NCBI RefSeq assembly: GCF_963921235.1
Contig: NC_086109.1
Coordinates: 20,090,001-20,154,000, forward strand
Source: Mobula hypostoma
Taxonomy: Eukaryota
DNA: 64,000 nucleotides
Direction: 5' to 3'
Each line of letters opens with the position of its first letter. The stretch's first letter is position 1. Made by a program: the position numbers and the translations under genes. Below, one piece after another: positions 51,296 to 63,900 of the stretch. A model generated the notes under the pieces. The model searched no databases. It saw only the letters and a list, made by a program, of their open reading frames with translations, and was not told the DNA's origin.

Positions 51296-52170
51296 ATTTA
51301 ATTAATTCATTGTCTCTTATGCCATTGGTACTTAGGGCAGCAATGAAGGTCTATCTCTGTTTGTCCTTGACCACATAGAAGGATTCTCCATTTTGTAGCA
51401 ATGTTTTTTTACCAGTCAGAGTTGTTAGGGGCAATGGTAGTAATCATTTGGTTTCTTTCCCATGTTTGACTTGATGCTATGAGACTTTATGTGTTCGAGA
51501 GTCAATGTCATGCACTCTTAAGACTGCTGTCCTGCCTCTGGTCCTCTCTTCCGCAATCTCTGTGAGTCTATCCTGTCTGGTGGTACAGCCTGTTCTCAGT
51601 GATGCAGGAGTCTCGCATAGGGTGTGGTTCTGATTGTGACTCTGCAAGCTCTTGTTGATCATTCTATGGGAAAGCTCTCCCGGTGTAGACAAACGTTTAT
51701 CAGCAAGACTTTTATCGAGTGGGTTTTTTTTAGAAGGGCTTTGCCACTCTCAAAGTTGTTGCCTGGGTCTATCTCTTTCCATCCCTTTTTTTTTGGTGCA
51801 AGTGAAACAAGTGGTCTAAAGTACAGTTTGAATGTAGAAGGAGGCAACTGGCAGCGATCAGTGTGGAGTCGAATGGTCTGGGTCAGTGCTGTGTGTTCTA
51901 TGCAAGTAGTGCAGCCTAAGGGAGTTACACCATTTTGGACATTCAACTTATGTCTATATGTGTCCTGTGTCTATTCTAGAAGGGCTGGCACCCTTCGCGA
52001 ACTGCAGTGCCTGATGAGAACTGTATTTTCAATCAGAATCCCACCCTCCCCCATATTCTGTGAGTTGGGTGGATGGTAGGTATTGCTGGTCCTAACTCAT
52101 GGCCAAAACCAGTCTGGCCCCCTCATTGTTTTTCCCTCCCCTTATCTGGTCTCCCAGGTGCCCTGACAAT

Positions 52171-52420
52171 GTGTTTGGGAGTAAGTACAGAGGAGACGTC
52201 ACGGGCAAGTTTTTTACGCAGAGAGTGGTGAGGGTGTGGAATGGGCTGCCGGCGACGGTGGTGGAGGTAGATATGATAGGGTCTTTTAAGAGACTCCTCG
52301 ATAGGTACATGGAGCTTAGTAAAACAGAGGGCTAGCGGTAACCCTAAGTAATTTCTGTTCGGCATAGCATCATGGGCCGAAGGGCCTGTACTGTGCTGTA
52401 GGTTTTCTATGGTTTCTATG
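52171..52420 (+). mobile_element. CR1 LINE 3' end
   Basis: GKFFTQRVVRVWNGLP...SFKRLLDRYM; (TTTCTATGG)n tail. Confidence 0.88.
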
Positions 52421-52744
52421 GTTAGCCCTGAACAGAACCCCCGAAGGTGGAGGACTGGAGGAGCACTCTTAGTTTGGTCCCTGTTGACCTGTTTAGCATG
52501 GGAGACCCAACCAAGAGCCAAAGCACAAGGCACTGACTCCAGCCAATGTAGCTCTGTGGGTTATTGAGGCACACAAGCCTCCAAACCCTAAGACCTCCTG
52601 GAGGTTTGGTATCTTTAATGAGCTCCCAAGTGGTGAGATGTTGCAGACAAAATGTATTTCAGTGGATTTAAGTGCACAGCTCTCTGGTGAAAAATGATAT
52701 CATATCTGTTAAATAGGGGCCGTGGACAATTCTGATTTGATGGA

Positions 52745-53262
52745 GAATGGACATGAAAGCACAGAGGGACATCTGGAGAAATGTCTGAAATGCTCGTTCG
52801 CTGCTGTCATTTCTGTGTTGTGAGGGAATCTTTCGGAAGGTAGGCCTCAAAATCCCCGGCCTTGCCTGCTATTGGCAACCGAGAAGGAGGTCGAATTGTT
52901 CGGCAGAGATGCCGCTCAGTACTCGGTGTCGGAGAGCTGATCAGAGCTCAAAGTTTTCGGATGACTCAGAGTCGGACTGTGGTTGGCATGGCAGGGAGAG
53001 TTTTTCTTCCTTCTCCCGTCTGCGTGAGATGTGGGACATTTGAGAGACTTTGAACTTTTACTGTGCTCATGGACTTCTTCATCAAGTTATGGTATTGTTG
53101 CACTGTTGGAACTATATTTATAATTATGTGGTTTTGTTAGTTTTTTTCAGTCTTGGTTTGTCCTATGTTTTGTGATATCACACCGGAGGAAATAATGTAT
53201 CATTTCTTAATGCATGTATTACTAAATGACAATAAAAGGGGACTATGTGTCTTCATAATCTA
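52745..53262 (+). mobile_element. Probable LINE 3' UTR fragment, unclassified
   Basis: CpG-retaining block ending in AATAAAAGGGGACTATGTGTCTTCATAATCTAA. Confidence 0.45.
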
Positions 53263-53814
53263 AGTGCCTGAGAGTTTTGTCCCTTAATCCACAATTCTAT
53301 TGATGATCTTCAGGGTCAGTACAATTTCTAACGCCCTGCCATTTGGATAATTAATTAAACTAAAGACCTTCGGATGGGCATAAAAATCCCACAGCTCTAT
53401 TCAGACAAGTGTAGGAGAATTCTCTCAAGGTTACATCCTCATCGCCATCCCCATCCTCAGCCAAACTGTCTGTATTTTCCGCCACTGACATTGATTACAC
53501 TCTTAGATGAATCAGTTATGAAGTGATTTGCACTGCCAAGAAAGGTACAATATAGGTTCAGGCACTTTCATGCAGGCTTTCCACTTGATTTTGTTATTAA
53601 AATTAAAAAGGCTGCTGTCTTTTGAAGAAGAAAGCATGGATTTTCTCTATAGATTATTCACAATGCGCTTAATTGGATATGATGCAGAATCAATAGGTTC
53701 TGTGAATCATTATCATACTTCACAAGGTGTATTCTTGGGGTGTTGTGGGTTTAATAAACAGGTGTGCAATGTTTATACTTCAAACCCAGTCCTAATTAAA
53801 TTAAAGGTTTATTA

Positions 53815-54065
53815 GAATTTACATTTCTATGGCAGTGTTGTTCTACCAGGATATCCTAAAGCAATCCACAGCTAATGAAATGCATGCAGTGTTGTCACAC
53901 AGAAAACAAGAATACCTTACATGATGCAATGACCAAATAATTTGTAGCTGAGGGTTAGGTGTTGGAGAGGAGGGACCCTCCATTCACCGAAGTTTTTCCA
54001 TCCATCAGATTGGGTGGAAAGGGGACGTGAATTTAATGTCTCAACACTTAGTACTGCAATGAGCC
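53815..54065 (-). mobile_element. Deu-domain SINE relic
   Basis: Reverse-orientation similarity (GGATATCCTAAAGC..CACAGCTAATGAA, AATGACCAAATAATTTG) to the Deu-SINE 3' half as recalled. Confidence 0.5.
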
Positions 54066-54624
54066 ATCTGTTTAAATTGTGCATGACAGAGAAATTTGCC
54101 AATGAGCCAAGGTTGGTGTAATTATCCCAGCAGACAGAATGTGAATTTAATATGTGTGATTTTGAAAGGTTTAGTACAACGCATGATAAATATTGGTATC
54201 TGAAATTGAGCATAATACCTCTCAATAAAGTGTAATTGAGTACGGGATAGAGTTTCATCCACAAATGTTATTACTGCCTCACTGGCAGCCATCAAGGACA
54301 TCATTCTGCAATTCTATCCCTAAACCTCCAGCTTTCAGTTTCCCTTCTCTACTAAAGCCTTAATCCAAAGTAACACACACCAAATGCTGCGGGAGCTCAG
54401 CCATTCAGACAGCTTCTACAGTATGGAGAAGAATAAGGAGCTGGCATTTCAGGCCGAGACCCTTCATCAGAACTGGAAAGGAAGGGGGAAGAAACCAGAA
54501 TAAGAAGGTGGGGCACATTTCCCCTCTAATGTGTAACAACCAGTGTGCGCAATAATCTTGTGATGTGCAATTTTTTGCCCAGATATGTGTGCGCACTGAA
54601 TAATTTCTTCAATAAAAACAGTAG

Positions 54625-55896
54625 TGTCACATACCCCATGATGGGTTAAAGAACCAGCAGAAATAGAAAAACACTTCGGAGCCTGGTATTGCTATTGACT
54701 AATACTATTTATTAGTAACTACGCAATACAGTAATATAAATTCAGATATATCAAACAAGTTAACAAAGATTATATGTATGTATGTGTGGAAATATAGAAA
54801 CCAAGCTTCTTTAAGCCTAGCGTAGATGGATACAGTCTTATGGTGAAGAGTAAAGTTCAGTTCAGTTTGTGGTATTCAGTTGAGTAGTGATGGAGAGAGA
54901 TATTTTGTAATCCAGGGTAAATGTCGAGAGAAGGCAATTACGTCAATATTCCACAGATTCCACGACTGCAATACAAAATAACAATAGTAGTAGGTTTTAT
55001 CTCTGAAGTTGTTTCACTCCACATACGAAGTATCACCGACAGTGATCATCAACGAATATCCTTTCAACACAAGTGGTACCACCCGCAAATTCAGCTACGC
55101 GACATCTCAAAGTGGTGGCCACAGGATACTCCAACAGAATCCACATATGGACTATCACCAAGAGTAGCTTATCATTAAGGGGACCCTCTTCAAGGGAACC
55201 AACCCCAAACACACAATGTCATAGCCACTTATCCAGTTCCATGACATACGAAATAACTCCAACAGTGATTTGCCACAGGGGTGCCTTCTTCAGTGAACTA
55301 CCACACCCAAACAAGGGTAACACACAAGTGGTATTCACAAAGGTACTCCCCTCACTAGAGAACCCACTCTTGTGGATTAACTACGTGACAGTCACACCTT
55401 CGTATTCGAATGGAATCAAACTCACCCTCACAGACTACAGAGGAGAGAGTCCAAACAGTGACCTCTTTGTCACTAGGTTTCTTCTGTTTCAAACCTTTTT
55501 CTCCCCTCTTCTCTTCCTTTAAAGTCACTGAATGTGACCACAAAAGGGAGACCGTCTTCTGTGCTGGAGTTATCAACCCAGGCGAGGGTTGGACACACTA
55601 ATAACTCCCCATCGGTCACACCTTTTCCACACTGCGAGAGCCACTGATCGATTCTCCTGATCGATCCTCGGAAAACCCACCCTTCTGTGGGCACAACAAA
55701 GCTCATTCAGAGTCCAAAACCATGTGTTTGTCAGTCTATCAGCTAACCTTTTATTTATCTCACCATGCTGAACACCAGCTGTCCATCAAGTAGCTCCTCC
55801 CTTCTCTCTCTGCAAGAACACAGAAGCTGGCAGTGTCCTTGCAAAAGTGTAAACATGCTGCAAAGAAACCATAACACCATCTCAAAGCAATCTTTG

Positions 55897-55950
<54 letters not shown>

Positions 55951-56011
55951 TCTCTCTCTCTCTCTCTTTTTAAAAGCATAGTTCATAGGGATAATTCAGG
56001 ATCCCATCACA
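54625..56011 (-). mobile_element. Solo LTR (about 1.39 kb; 4-bp TSD, Gypsy-like)
   Basis: TGTCACA...ATCACA termini; TSD GTAG at 54621-54624 and 56012-56015; minus-strand AATAAA near 54707; internal (CT)n. Confidence 0.8.
55898..55966. repeat. (CT)n microsatellite inside the LTR
   Basis: Directly visible. Confidence 0.95.
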
Positions 56012-59000
56012 GTAGAAATAAGCCAGTCCTAAAACTTGTAGACATATTGAAAACTCCACGTTGTCAACACCACCCACATCAGAAACCAGGAAATGAAATA
56101 TAACCGTGCACAATTGTGAAATATACTTAATGTGCTAACCTTTTGTGTGCAGTTTAAATTCACTTGTGCGCTAGCAGCAGGACAAGACACAGAAGGCGTC
56201 CTGGTCATCCACTGTGTCTAGTCCCATCTCCAGCCGTCTCGACTCTGTCTTGCCACTGGATCCAGATGGGAATTGGGAGGAGAGAGTGAGGCTGACGCTG
56301 CGCAACTCTCCCTCACTTAAATCCAAACCACGCGCTAGTCTCGACACCATCATAATGGTGCCGAGGTCCTCATCAACGTTGACGATGGACAAACACACAA
56401 AGCAGCAAAAAATGTGTGCCTTAGAGGGAACATTGGTAGGGGAAGAGGAAGGAGTACAAGCTGGAAGGTGATAGGTGAAGCCAGGTGAGGGGAAGCATAG
56501 GTGGATTGGCGAGGCTGGGTGGCAGTTGAAATGAGAAACTGGGAGATGATACGTGAAAAAGGTAAGTGGCTGAGGAAGTAATCTGATAGAAGAGGATAGT
56601 AGACTATGGGAGAAAGGGAAGGAAGAGGAGCACCAGGAGAACATAATAGACATGAGGAGAGGAGAAGGGGTAAAGGGGAGTGGGAATGGGGAATGGAAGA
56701 AGAGAGAAAGGTGAGGGGAGAAATTACTCTGGAAATTAGAGAAATCAATATTCATCCCACTACCTAGACAGAATATGAGGTGTTACTCCTTCAACCTGAG
56801 AGAGGCCTCATCGTGGCAGTAGGGGAGGCCATGGACCAACATGTCAGAACAGGAATAGGGATTGGAATTTAAATGGTTGGCCACCAGGAATCCTGTTTAT
56901 TGTGGACAGAGCAAAGCTTTAATTCACCTGTCCTAAACTCTTTTTATACTGAAGTGTCACGCTGTGCCTGAAACTGCTACTGTGTCATGCATTGGGATGT
57001 CTTGTTTTGGAAAAGGTAGTAATTAAGTAAACAGCGTTGCTGTTGTTGCTTAACATTCTGCATGACATATCAAGTGAATCTGCCATGTAATTCAGGAAAA
57101 GGAAGTACAACCTCACAATTCGAGGTATTCTGTTTCATGGCAAGATAAAGAAACATCAGACAAAATTTTGGAAATCCCAAACCCTGGCCCCAAAAGACCT
57201 GATCAGTGTAGGATATCAGTACAAAATGTTACTACTTTGATGATTTGACCTCTGATGTTAATGGTTATGGTGTAGAAGTATGCGTATCAGCTGAAATATA
57301 GATTAGCCATGATTTCAAATTTCAAAGTTCATAGTAAAATTTATTATCAGAGTACACACATCACCAGATATAACCCAGTGATTCTATTTTGGGGGTATAC
57401 TTAGCAAATCTATAGAACAGTAACTGCAAACAGGATCAATAGGCAACAAACTATGCATATGCAGATATACATAAATAGCAATAAATAACAAGCATGAAAT
57501 AACAAGATAAAAGAGTCATTCAAGTGAGACCACCCACTGTGGAATCACCAGAAGTAGAATGATTATAGCGATCTCCTTTTGTTCAAGACCCTGATGGTTG
57601 AGGGGTTGTTGTTACTGTGCTGTATCTTTAAATAATAAAAAAAAACTTATGAAATTCTGGTAAGGAGAGGGTTCTCGCCAAGTGTGCACGGTCATGGGAA
57701 TAAAGACAACTAATTGAAATTAAACACATTCTTACAAATGGACGAATCCTCTTCATTATCTGAAGTCCGCAATGCCGGTTGTAAGTGTGTTTTCATTGTC
57801 CTCTGTACCTTTAGTGCAGAGGTAAAGGCCAAGGAAACATAGGTGTCCACCACTGATTACACACTGGCCAGCTCTGGTGGAAAAGTGAATGGATGTTGGG
57901 TGAGACCCATGTGTATTCGAATACCCAGAATAATATATTCAAAAATTATGTGGTCTGCATACTAACTTATGACAAATCCCATTCACGTGCCACCCTTATG
58001 CCCGCTAATTTCCATTGGCACTAACAAATTGCACTTTATAAGTTCTTCTATAGACTCAGCCCAATATATCTTTCTCCAATCCTACAAACTCTAGAAATGC
58101 CTGTCCTCCTCCTTCTGAATCTTCTGAATCTTATTTCAATTAATCAATGGAAGAAATACCATAGTATTCATTTACAATGTTATGTCTCCTTGTTCTGAAT
58201 TATGATTCCTCTAATCTCACACATGGAGAAAACAGGTTCTGAACTCTTGTGTTCTTCTTCTAAACACCTTTGTCTCTTTCTTTCTTTAAAACTCTCCTTA
58301 AAAGCTTACTTTCTGAACATGATAATTGGTTCTAATTTCTCTTTATGTGGCTGAGTGTCAAATTTATCAAATAATATTTTACTGCATTGAGGGCCCTGCA
58401 TAAAAACAATTCGTGCTTACTGAGAGAAAAGTGTACAAAAAAGATTCTGCTATTATCTTCATTAGTGTAGCAGTCCATTAGGCAGAGAGGCTGCTGATAT
58501 AAATTAGAAGCTAATATGATCTGAAGTGCTCCTGCAGAGTTAGCAGTGCTTCAAGAACCTTGTCCTACGTGGCCCTATATCTGGCGAATCAATTAAACTT
58601 AAATACAAGCTGTGTCTTTGGATGTTTTCTATAGAAACAGTTATTCCCACTGCCCAGGGTTCCAAGTTGATGAAGAGTTTGTCAATCTATTTGAATTTCA
58701 TTCTATAAAATAACAAGTACGGCGCTTTGGAAGGATCAGCGATTAGGGGGACATGACCTCTCACCTCCCATTGCTAAGCAACGATGCAGTCTCTCTGTAA
58801 CCAAGTGAAGAAATATTTGTTCAGTCAGGTTATTAACTTCCCTGTTTGACTCAGTTCATGATGATAAGATGTGGGATTCGTTAACTCTTTAACAGACATT
58901 TTAGTGGGTTAAACCTTTTACTTTCCCCTGATTTTTCCTTGCTTCATTATGCTAAAGGCACAGGTGCAGAAAAATAAATCCACAGCATCACCAGGTACCA

Positions 59001-59069
59001 GCCCTACAGCTCCATCTTTACATTATGAGCATACACTGTATTCCCTGTTGGGAAACATCAATGGATAAA

Positions 59070-59245
59070 ATATCATTCATCAGCATCATCATCATCTTCT
59101 TCTTTTTCTTCTTCTTCTTCTTCTCCTCCTTCCTCTTCTTCTTCTCCTTCTCTTTCTTTTCCTACTTCTTCTTCTCCTCATTCTCCTCCTCCTTCTTCTC
59201 TTCCTCCTTCTCTGCCTTCTCCTCCTTATTCTCTTTCTTTCCTCT
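59070..59245. repeat. Degenerate (ATC)n/(TTC/TCC)n polypyrimidine tract
   Basis: Directly visible. Confidence 0.9.
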
Positions 59246-59273
59246 TGTAACCCCTGTAGCTGAGGATGACTTA

Positions 59274-59742
59274 CGAGGGGTGATTGATAAGTTCGTGGCC
59301 TAAGGTAGAAGGAGTCAATTTTAGAAAACCGAGCACATTTATTTTTCAGCATAGTCCCCTCCTACATTTACACGCTTAGTCCAGCGGTTGTGGATCATAC
59401 GGGCCGTGGACCTCCAGAAAGTGTCCACAGCAGGGGTGATTGATAAGTTCGTGGCCTAAGGTAGAAGGCGATAAGTTATACAGCTCTCGTTACATGCACA
59501 TGCAGTTCAGCTCTTTGAGTGATGATGCAGAAAGTTTGAAGCTGATAACTCATCTCCTTGGCCAAGAACTTATCAATTACCCCTGCTGTGGATACTTTCT
59601 GGAGGTCCAAGATCTGTATGCTCCACGACCGCTGGACTAAGTGTGTAAATGTAGGAGGGGACTATGTTGAAAAATAAATGTGCTAGGTTGTCAAAAATTG
59701 ACTCCTTCTACCATAGGCCACAAATTTATCAATCACCCCTCG
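59274..59742. mobile_element. Mariner-type palindromic MITE with doubled TIR motifs
   Basis: TA|CGAGGGGTGATTGATAAGTTCGTGGCCTAAGG ... CCACAAATTTATCAATCACCCCTCG|TA; long inverted arms of about 190 bp. Confidence 0.9.
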
Positions 59743-61676
59743 TACTTTCATTCTGGTTTTGTGAATCCAGAGGTGTCGGATAAGGGCAGTGTTGGAACTG
59801 CAGATCCTTTTGCACATGGATTAGGTGGTGGTTAGCGTAGTGGATGAGTAAGTATTTTGTGAAGAAATCTGTTCCCTCTACTATTTACATGGCGCCTCCA
59901 TGTGTTCCCGATGCTTAACCTCAAGTTTGTCAAACACCCACCCCACACAATATTTCTCCTAGTTATAATGGTATCAGATTAGCAACCCAATGATCGTTAG
60001 TTAAAGTGATGTTAAATACTTACTCTTTCACATCTGAATTCACACTATGTATTATTCCATTTTATACATTATGTGAAATATCCTCAGTTAAAACACTATT
60101 TATTATCAAAGTATGTGTATGCATGTCACCATATTCTACCTGAGATTCATTTTTTTGTGGGCATGAAGACAACCACAGTTACGTTCAGACAACTAAGGAT
60201 GGGCAACAGTACACAGCTAGCCATCATTCCCTACATTCTGGGACCAATGAAATTGCCATTTCTGTTCTAATTAGATGCCCATCAACTTTCACTTCCAAGC
60301 ACAAGTGAGAAGTTGAGATATGGGTTAATGTTTATCCCCTAGCCCAAACCATGTGTCTAACTTCAGAGCCCTGTGGTTGGCAAAGCAAAGATCAATAATG
60401 TACCGAAGGATGAAGAATGAACTTTGTGGACTAGGAATTATAGGGTGAAAAATAGACAAAAGCCTATGTAGTTCATCTTCTGTCATCCTGGTAGGCATGA
60501 GGCATAACAGTAATGAAATTGATGAGTACTTACTGCAATCTGTCTCTCCATAACTGACCCAGAATAAGGCCAGCAAACCTCCAGCTTTGAGAAATTTGCA
60601 TCCTATATAATCTGTCCCTGCAAATATGCTCCACTGGGAAGACAGTGAGTCTCAGATTATTCATATTGTGTAGCCCTTAATTTCAGTTCGTTTACCACAC
60701 CTTGGTAAGGCTATAATATGAGAATTTAAGCCAATTTGCTATCCACACCTTCTGTGAATCTGAGGTATCTTAGTGAAGTGACTTTGGTCTAGATGGAAAG
60801 AATATCAGAGAAGTTGGATAACTGGATGCTCTGAACTAGAAAGTGGCAGCTAGATGATGCAATTTTCTGGTTTTAAAGGCTGGTAGGTCAAAGAAGTCAG
60901 CAGACAAGAGCTGGTCTACCAGTTTTGGGACTGTAGGAAAAATAAGTTAAAGAGGAAGTGTGTGATACATCAGCAAGATGAGGATGTGAGGAGGAGGAAT
61001 GTGTAAGATGTAATATTTTTATCTTCAGAGGAAAAGATCAAACATAGAATTTCTTTGTAAAGCTAACGTAGGCTGTGGAGGGGACAGGGAGAATCTCCGT
61101 TACAAAAAGAATAACTTACCCTCCTGTTTCTGAACTTGATCTCTGATCTACTATGTGTTTAACCGCCGGTTCCACTTATCCCCACAACTGCCCGTCATGC
61201 CTATCCAGATCTGCTAAGTACATAATTCTCCATCTTAATAAGCCACACAGCACTTCGACCTGAAAAGTTCCGATTGTTTCTAAAAGAGTCTTGCGAGAAG
61301 GTTGAGATAAAAGTGTTGGGTGGGGGTGGGGGTTTGTGTAGAGTGCAAGGTCAGGGCATTATTGGTTTTGATATTGCTGTTGGTTTATTACTGTCACATG
61401 TATCAAGATACAGTGAAAATCTTGTCTTGCATACTGTTATATAGATCAGCACAATGCATTGAAGTAGAATGAAGTAAACCAATAATGATGCAGAATAAGG
61501 TATAAAAGCTACCAAAAAAGTGCAATGCAGGTCAATGATAAAGTACAGGATAATACCAATCCTGTAGGTCATTAGGCTAAGAACCCATCTCATCAGCAGA
61601 AGATCCATTCAGGAATCCAAGAAAAGTGGGCTCGAAGTTGTCCTTGAGTGCGGTGATAAGTGCTTTCATTTTGCAT

Positions 61677-62322
61677 ACCAGTGCCCAAGAAGAGCATTGT
61701 GAGCTGCCTTAATAACTTTCATCCAGTAGTAATCATATCTAAGGTGATGAAATGCTTTGAGAGCTTGGTCATGGCTAGAATTAACACCTGTCCAAGGAAG
61801 GGCCTGGACCCACTGCAATTTGCCTATCATCACAAAAGGTCTACTGCAGATGCAATCTCAACGGCTTGGATCACTTGGACGGTGCAAATACCTATGTCAG
61901 GATGCTGTTTATTGGCTATAGCTCAGCATTTAACACCATCATTCTTACAGTCCTAATTGAAAAGCTACAGAACCTAGGCTTCTGTACCTCCCTCTGCAAA
62001 TGGATCCTCGACTACCTAATCGGAAGACCACAGTCTGTGCAGATTGGAAATTACATCATCACTTCACTGACAATCACCATTGGCGCACCACAGGGACGTG
62101 TGTTTAGCCCACTGCTCTACTCTCTCTACACCCATGACTATGTGGCTAGGTACAGCTCAAATGCCATCTATAAATTTGCTGATGATACAAGTATTGTTGG
62201 CGGAATTTCAGATGGTGACGCTATATTTATTTATCATGTAATTCATTGTACTGCTGCTGAAAAGTTAACAGATTTCACAACATATGCCGGTGATATTAAA
62301 CCTGATTCTGATTCTGATTCTG
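61677..62322 (+). mobile_element. Rex1/Babar-like LINE RT fragment
   Basis: [14 protein letters not shown]...[55 protein letters not shown]; (TGATTC)n tail. Confidence 0.9.
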
Positions 62323-62574
62323 ATGGGGAGAGGGGAAAAGACAGAATGTCCAGGGTGAGTGGTGTCTTTGATTATGCTGGCTGACTTAATGAAGCTGCAA
62401 AAAACATAGACAGAGTCCATAGAAGAGAAGCTGGTTCCTATGATGTGTTGACCTACAGCCACCACCCTGCAGTTTCGTGCGGTCACATGCAGAGCCGTTG
62501 CCATACTAAGCCATAATGCATCCAGACAAAATGCTGATATCTGTCGCCAAACAACTGATATTAGAGTGTACAAT

Positions 62575-62872
62575 CATCACAGCAATATTTGATTCTGTGC
62601 TTCGCGCTCCCTGGAGTACAAATCGATAGTAAATAGTAAAGATTTAAATTATAAATTATAAATAGAAAATAGAAAAGGGTAAGTAAGGTAGTGCAAAAAA
62701 ACCAAGAGGCAGGTCTGGATATTTGGAGGGTACGGGCCAGATCCGGGTCAGGATCCGTTCAGCAGTCTTATCACAGTTGGAAAGAAGCTGTTCCCAAATC
62801 TGGCCGTATGAGTCTTCAAGCTCCTGAGCCTTTTCCCAGAGCGAAGAGGGATGAAAAGTGTGTTGGCTGGGT
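62575..62872 (-). mobile_element. LINE 3' end fragment (Rex1-like subfamily)
   Basis: GGAAAGAAGCTGTTCCCAAATCTG..GTCTTCAAGCTCCTGAGCC parallels the reverse complement of other Rex1-like 3' ends in the window. Confidence 0.6.
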
Positions 62873-63419
62873 ATGGTATTTCTATAATATTTCTACGGTA
62901 TTTTTATGGTATTTCTAATCATTTCTATGGTACATTGATTTTTAAAAAATGGTTAGAGTTGATGGGGGCATGCCAAATTTAGCCTCCTGAAGAAGTAGAG
63001 GTATGAGCGAGCTTTCTTGGCCATGCCATAATGACATAAATGAGGTTGGGCCAGGACCTCATTTATACTGTGATGTTCACACCTAGGAACTGGTTGGCTA
63101 CACCCAGCACATCCTTGGGTTGTGTTGGTTATTAACGCGAGCGATACATTGCGCTGTATGTAGGTTTCAGATGAATCAGAACTTGAAACTCCCAGCTCTC
63201 CCAAGCTCAACATGTAGATCAGTCTAGGTGTGATGGGATAGAATAGATATTCTCAAATCACAATGCCTTGCTCTTAGACACTCAGAATGCTTTGGAAAGC
63301 CACACCAGTGGACCAACAGAAGTTTGTTCAACAACATCTTAACATATCTTTGACTAATTTTGAGCACCTTCCATTTCTTTTAGCCACCATACTCAAGTTG
63401 AACCTTGTAGGCATTTAGT

Positions 63420-63900
63420 ACAGACATGGTCCTGTGGTCCACAACAGCCAACCTGGCATATGTTGTGGAATTGACAGTACCATGGGAAGATGGTGTCGAA
63501 GAAGCTTATGAGAGGAAAAAGACCAAGTACTCTGAACTGGCAACTGAAGCTGCCCAGAATGGCTGGAAGACCAAGATTTTCCCTGTAGAAGTGGGATGCA
63601 GGGGATTCGTTGCTACATTTACGACCAGTCTATCGAAGAAGATGGGGGTGAGGGTCACTCCCTCCAACAAGCAATCAAGTCCTTGTCAAATGCAGCAGAA
63701 GAAAACAGCAATTGGATTTGGATTAAAAGGAAAGACAACAACTGGGCTGCAAGATGAAGACAGGAGGGTATGGAACTGAGGGGGGTGTATCTGGGACACC
63801 AGGTAGCACCATTGAGCCCTCTGGAGACGTCATGGGCTTATCAACGAAATGTCAAAGAAGGAGGGTGCCCACCTGATGACTCTGATGACATACCTACCCT
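63420..63900 (+). mobile_element. 5'-truncated non-LTR retrotransposon with a restriction-like endonuclease (HERO-like, R2 group)
   Basis: DMVLWS...VVELTVPWEDGVEEAYERKKTKYSELA..A.QNGWKTKIFPVEVGCRGFV is the PD-(D/E)xK-type RLE C-terminus; frameshift near the ORF end; 3' boundary uncertain. Confidence 0.85.

Larger units (their letters stand above)
54517..56434. mobile_element. hAT-like MITE nested in the PLE
   Basis: Termini CATTTCCCCTCTAA / TTAGAGGGAACATTG; imperfect 8-bp flanks GTGGGGCA / GTAGGGGA. Confidence 0.6.
54370..56910 (-). mobile_element. Penelope-like element 3' part split by nested insertions
   Basis: Terminal repeat with degenerate hammerhead at 54370-54515; resumes at about 56435 with a purine tract and GIY-YIG C-terminus (MNIDFSNF on the minus strand). 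Confidence 0.8.

Noticed and set aside
55755..56103. ERERER / LSLSLS ORFs
   Set aside because: (CT)n microsatellite inside a solo LTR
59025..59352. Phe/Ser-rich and Arg-rich (protamine-like) ORFs
   Set aside because: Translations of a TTC/TCC simple repeat running into a MITE
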